Positions 62,587 through 64,000 of a DNA stretch of 64,000 nucleotides are shown here, in pieces. A program made the translations under genes and the position numbers. The notes under the pieces were generated by a model, which did no database searches, was not told the DNA's origin, and saw only the letters and a program-made list of their open reading frames with translations. The stretch is from positions 7,337 through 71,336 of the forward strand of contig JAFULC010000009.1 in NCBI GenBank assembly GCA_017483305.1, given 5' to 3'. The stretch is from Clostridia bacterium. GTDB taxonomy: Bacteria > Bacillota > Clostridia > Oscillospirales > CAG-272. Within the stretch, counting starts at the first letter, position 1. The number at the start of each line of letters is the position of its first letter.

Positions 62587-64000
62587 TCACTTCAGAGCCG
62601 TTTTATCCTTCTGAATAACGTCATGTGCGCCGCCCTCAACGATACTCGTTGCCGAAACGAGAGTGAGAGTTGCCTTTTCCTGAAGCTCAGGAATAGTCAA
62701 AGCGCCGCAGTTGCACATCGTCGACTTGACCTTCGCCAAGGACATAGCAACATTATCCTTGAGGCTTCCCGCATAAGGAACGTAGGAGTCAACGCCCTCC
62801 TCAAAGGAAAGCTTCTTATCTCCGCCGAGATCGTATCTCTGCCAGTTGCGCGCTCTTGCCGAGCCCTCGCCCCAGTATTCCTTATAGTAAGTGCCGCCAA
62901 TGCTTACCTTGTTTGTGGGCGACTCATCAAAGCGTGCAAAATATCTGCCCAGCATAACGAAGTCAGCACCCATAGCAAGCGCAAGAGTGATGTGATGATC
63001 GTAAACGATACCGCCGTCCGAGCAAACGGGAATATAAACGCCGGTCTCCTCAAAATATCTGTCTCTCTCCGCGCAGACCTCGATGAGCGCAGTTGCTTGA
63101 CCGCGACCGATACCCTTGGTCTCACGGGTAATGCAGATTGATCCGCCGCCGATACCGACCTTGATAAAGTCCGCACCGCAATCGGCAAGGAATCTGAAGC
63201 CTGCCGCGTCAACGACGTTTCCTGCGCCAACCTTTACACTGTCGCCGTATCTCTCACGTATCCACGCGATAGTTCTCTGCTGCCACTCGGAAAAGCCCTC
63301 GGAGGAGTCAATGCAAACTACGTCAACGCCTGCCTCAATAAGCGCAGGAACGCGCTCCGCGTAGTCACGGGTGTTGATGCCCGCGCCAACCACGTATCTC
63401 TTCTTGGAATCAAGAAGCTCGTTGGGATTTTGCTTGTGAGAATCGTAGTCCTTGCGGAAGACGAAATAGCAGAGCTTCTGCTCGTCGTTAATAATGGGAA
63501 GGCTGTTAAGCTTGTTATCCCAGATAATATCGTTTGCTTCCTTAAGCGTAGTTCCCTCGGGAGCAGTAATGAGCTTTTCAAAGGGAGTCATAAAATCAGC
63601 AACCTTGGTATCGATAGACATACGGCTTACACGGTAGTCACGTCCGGTAACGATACCGACGAGCTTACCGTCGGGAGTTCCGTCCTCGGTAACCGCAACG
63701 GTCGAATGACCGGTCTTTTCCTTGAGCGCGATAACGTCCGCAAGAGTAGACTCGGGGCTCACGTTGGAATCACTGCGAACAAATCCTGCCTTGTGAGTTT
63801 TTGCGCGCTTGACCATAGCCGCCTGATCCTCGATCGACTGCGAGCCGTAAATAAAGGACACGCCACCCTCGGTCGCAAGCGCGACTGCGAGTCTGTCGCC
63901 CGATACCGACTGCATGATAGCCGATACCATAGGAATATTCATAGTAATTGCAGGAGCTTCACCCTTCTTGTATTTGACCAAAGGCGTTTTAAGGCTTACG
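62587..64000 (-). CDS. guaB: IMP dehydrogenase (5' end outside the window)
   Basis: The frame stays open to nt 64000, and the listed 'M' at 63981 is a TTG inside the gene. CBS-pair region, catalytic loop [12 protein letters not shown], and GAD...MLG. Confidence 0.85.
   Translation of the reverse strand, partial: VSLKTPLVKYKKGEAPAITMNIPMVSAIMQSVSGDRLAVALATEGGVSFIYGSQSIEDQAAMVKRAKTHKAGFVRSDSNVSPESTLADVIALKEKTGHSTVAVTEDGTPDGKLVGIVTGRDYRVSRMSIDTKVADFMTPFEKLITAPEGTTLKEANDIIWDNKLNSLPIINDEQKLCYFVFRKDYDSHKQNPNELLDSKKRYVVGAGINTRDYAERVPALIEAGVDVVCIDSSEGFSEWQQRTIAWIRERYGDSVKVGAGNVVDAAGFRFLADCGADFIKVGIGGGSICITRETKGIGRGQATALIEVCAERDRYFEETGVYIPVCSDGGIVYDHHITLALAMGADFVMLGRYFARFDESPTNKVSIGGTYYKEYWGEGSARARNWQRYDLGGDKKLSFEEGVDSYVPYAGSLKDNVAMSLAKVKSTMCNCGALTIPELQEKATLTLVSATSIVEGGAHDVIQKDKTALK

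Overview
This 64-kb window reads like the chromosome of a Gram-positive anaerobe, probably Clostridia-like. That placement is inferred from lipobox lipoproteins, AGGAGG-type ribosome-binding sites, TTGACA/TATAAT promoters and gene content, and cannot be verified here. I can support about 50 protein-coding genes, one clear pseudogene, one small gene remnant, and a set of promoters, terminators and hairpins. I found no rRNA, tRNA, CRISPR array, integrase or transposase. The supplied ORF track uses TTG/GTG as well as ATG starts, so several starts were moved to a downstream ATG that has a Shine-Dalgarno (SD) sequence. Layout: (1) 1-8.9 kb (+): a CUT1 ABC importer (two permeases and a lipoprotein binding protein), then three secreted lipoproteins. 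Two of these are nucleases (staphylococcal-nuclease fold; barnase/N1/T1-type RNase), and all carry acidic ETT-type tethers. (2) 9-14.2 kb (-): miscellaneous redox and hypothetical genes, including a 37-codon GNAT remnant. (3) 14.3-27.6 kb (-): a glycan-utilisation locus with a MsmK/UgpC-type ATPase, MalG- and MalF-like permeases, a MalE-like binding protein with an extra C-terminal beta-sandwich, a GH13 amylase, a GH53 galactanase, a GH13 pullulanase broken by one in-frame TAA, and GH77 MalQ. (4) 27.7-29.7 kb: three flavoenzyme-type genes. (5) 29.8-32.4 kb: an ADP-ribose-processing trio (macro-HTH, small vWA, ADP-ribosylglycohydrolase). (6) 32.5-51.5 kb (-): the stand-out, a ~19-kb six-gene operon with its own consensus promoter and terminator. 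It encodes a surface vWA/MIDAS protein with a C-terminal TM anchor, two giant tubulin/FtsZ-superfamily proteins (1263 and 938 aa, each with the exact tubulin signature AGGTGSG), a 689-aa protein with a TM hairpin, a 2026-aa polytopic membrane protein (degenerate helicase-like core, Cys4 ribbon, ~280-aa charge-block disordered region, C-terminal transglutaminase-like Cys-His-Asp domain), and a CvpA-like protein. I know of no characterised system with this composition. (7) 51.6-64 kb: housekeeping-type genes (SDR, YhhQ-like, pepT, Fe-S aldo/keto reductase, MerR unit, acyltransferase, divergent ThyX-like gene with a structured leader, FAD/Rieske oxidoreductase, YhaM-like, guaB partial).
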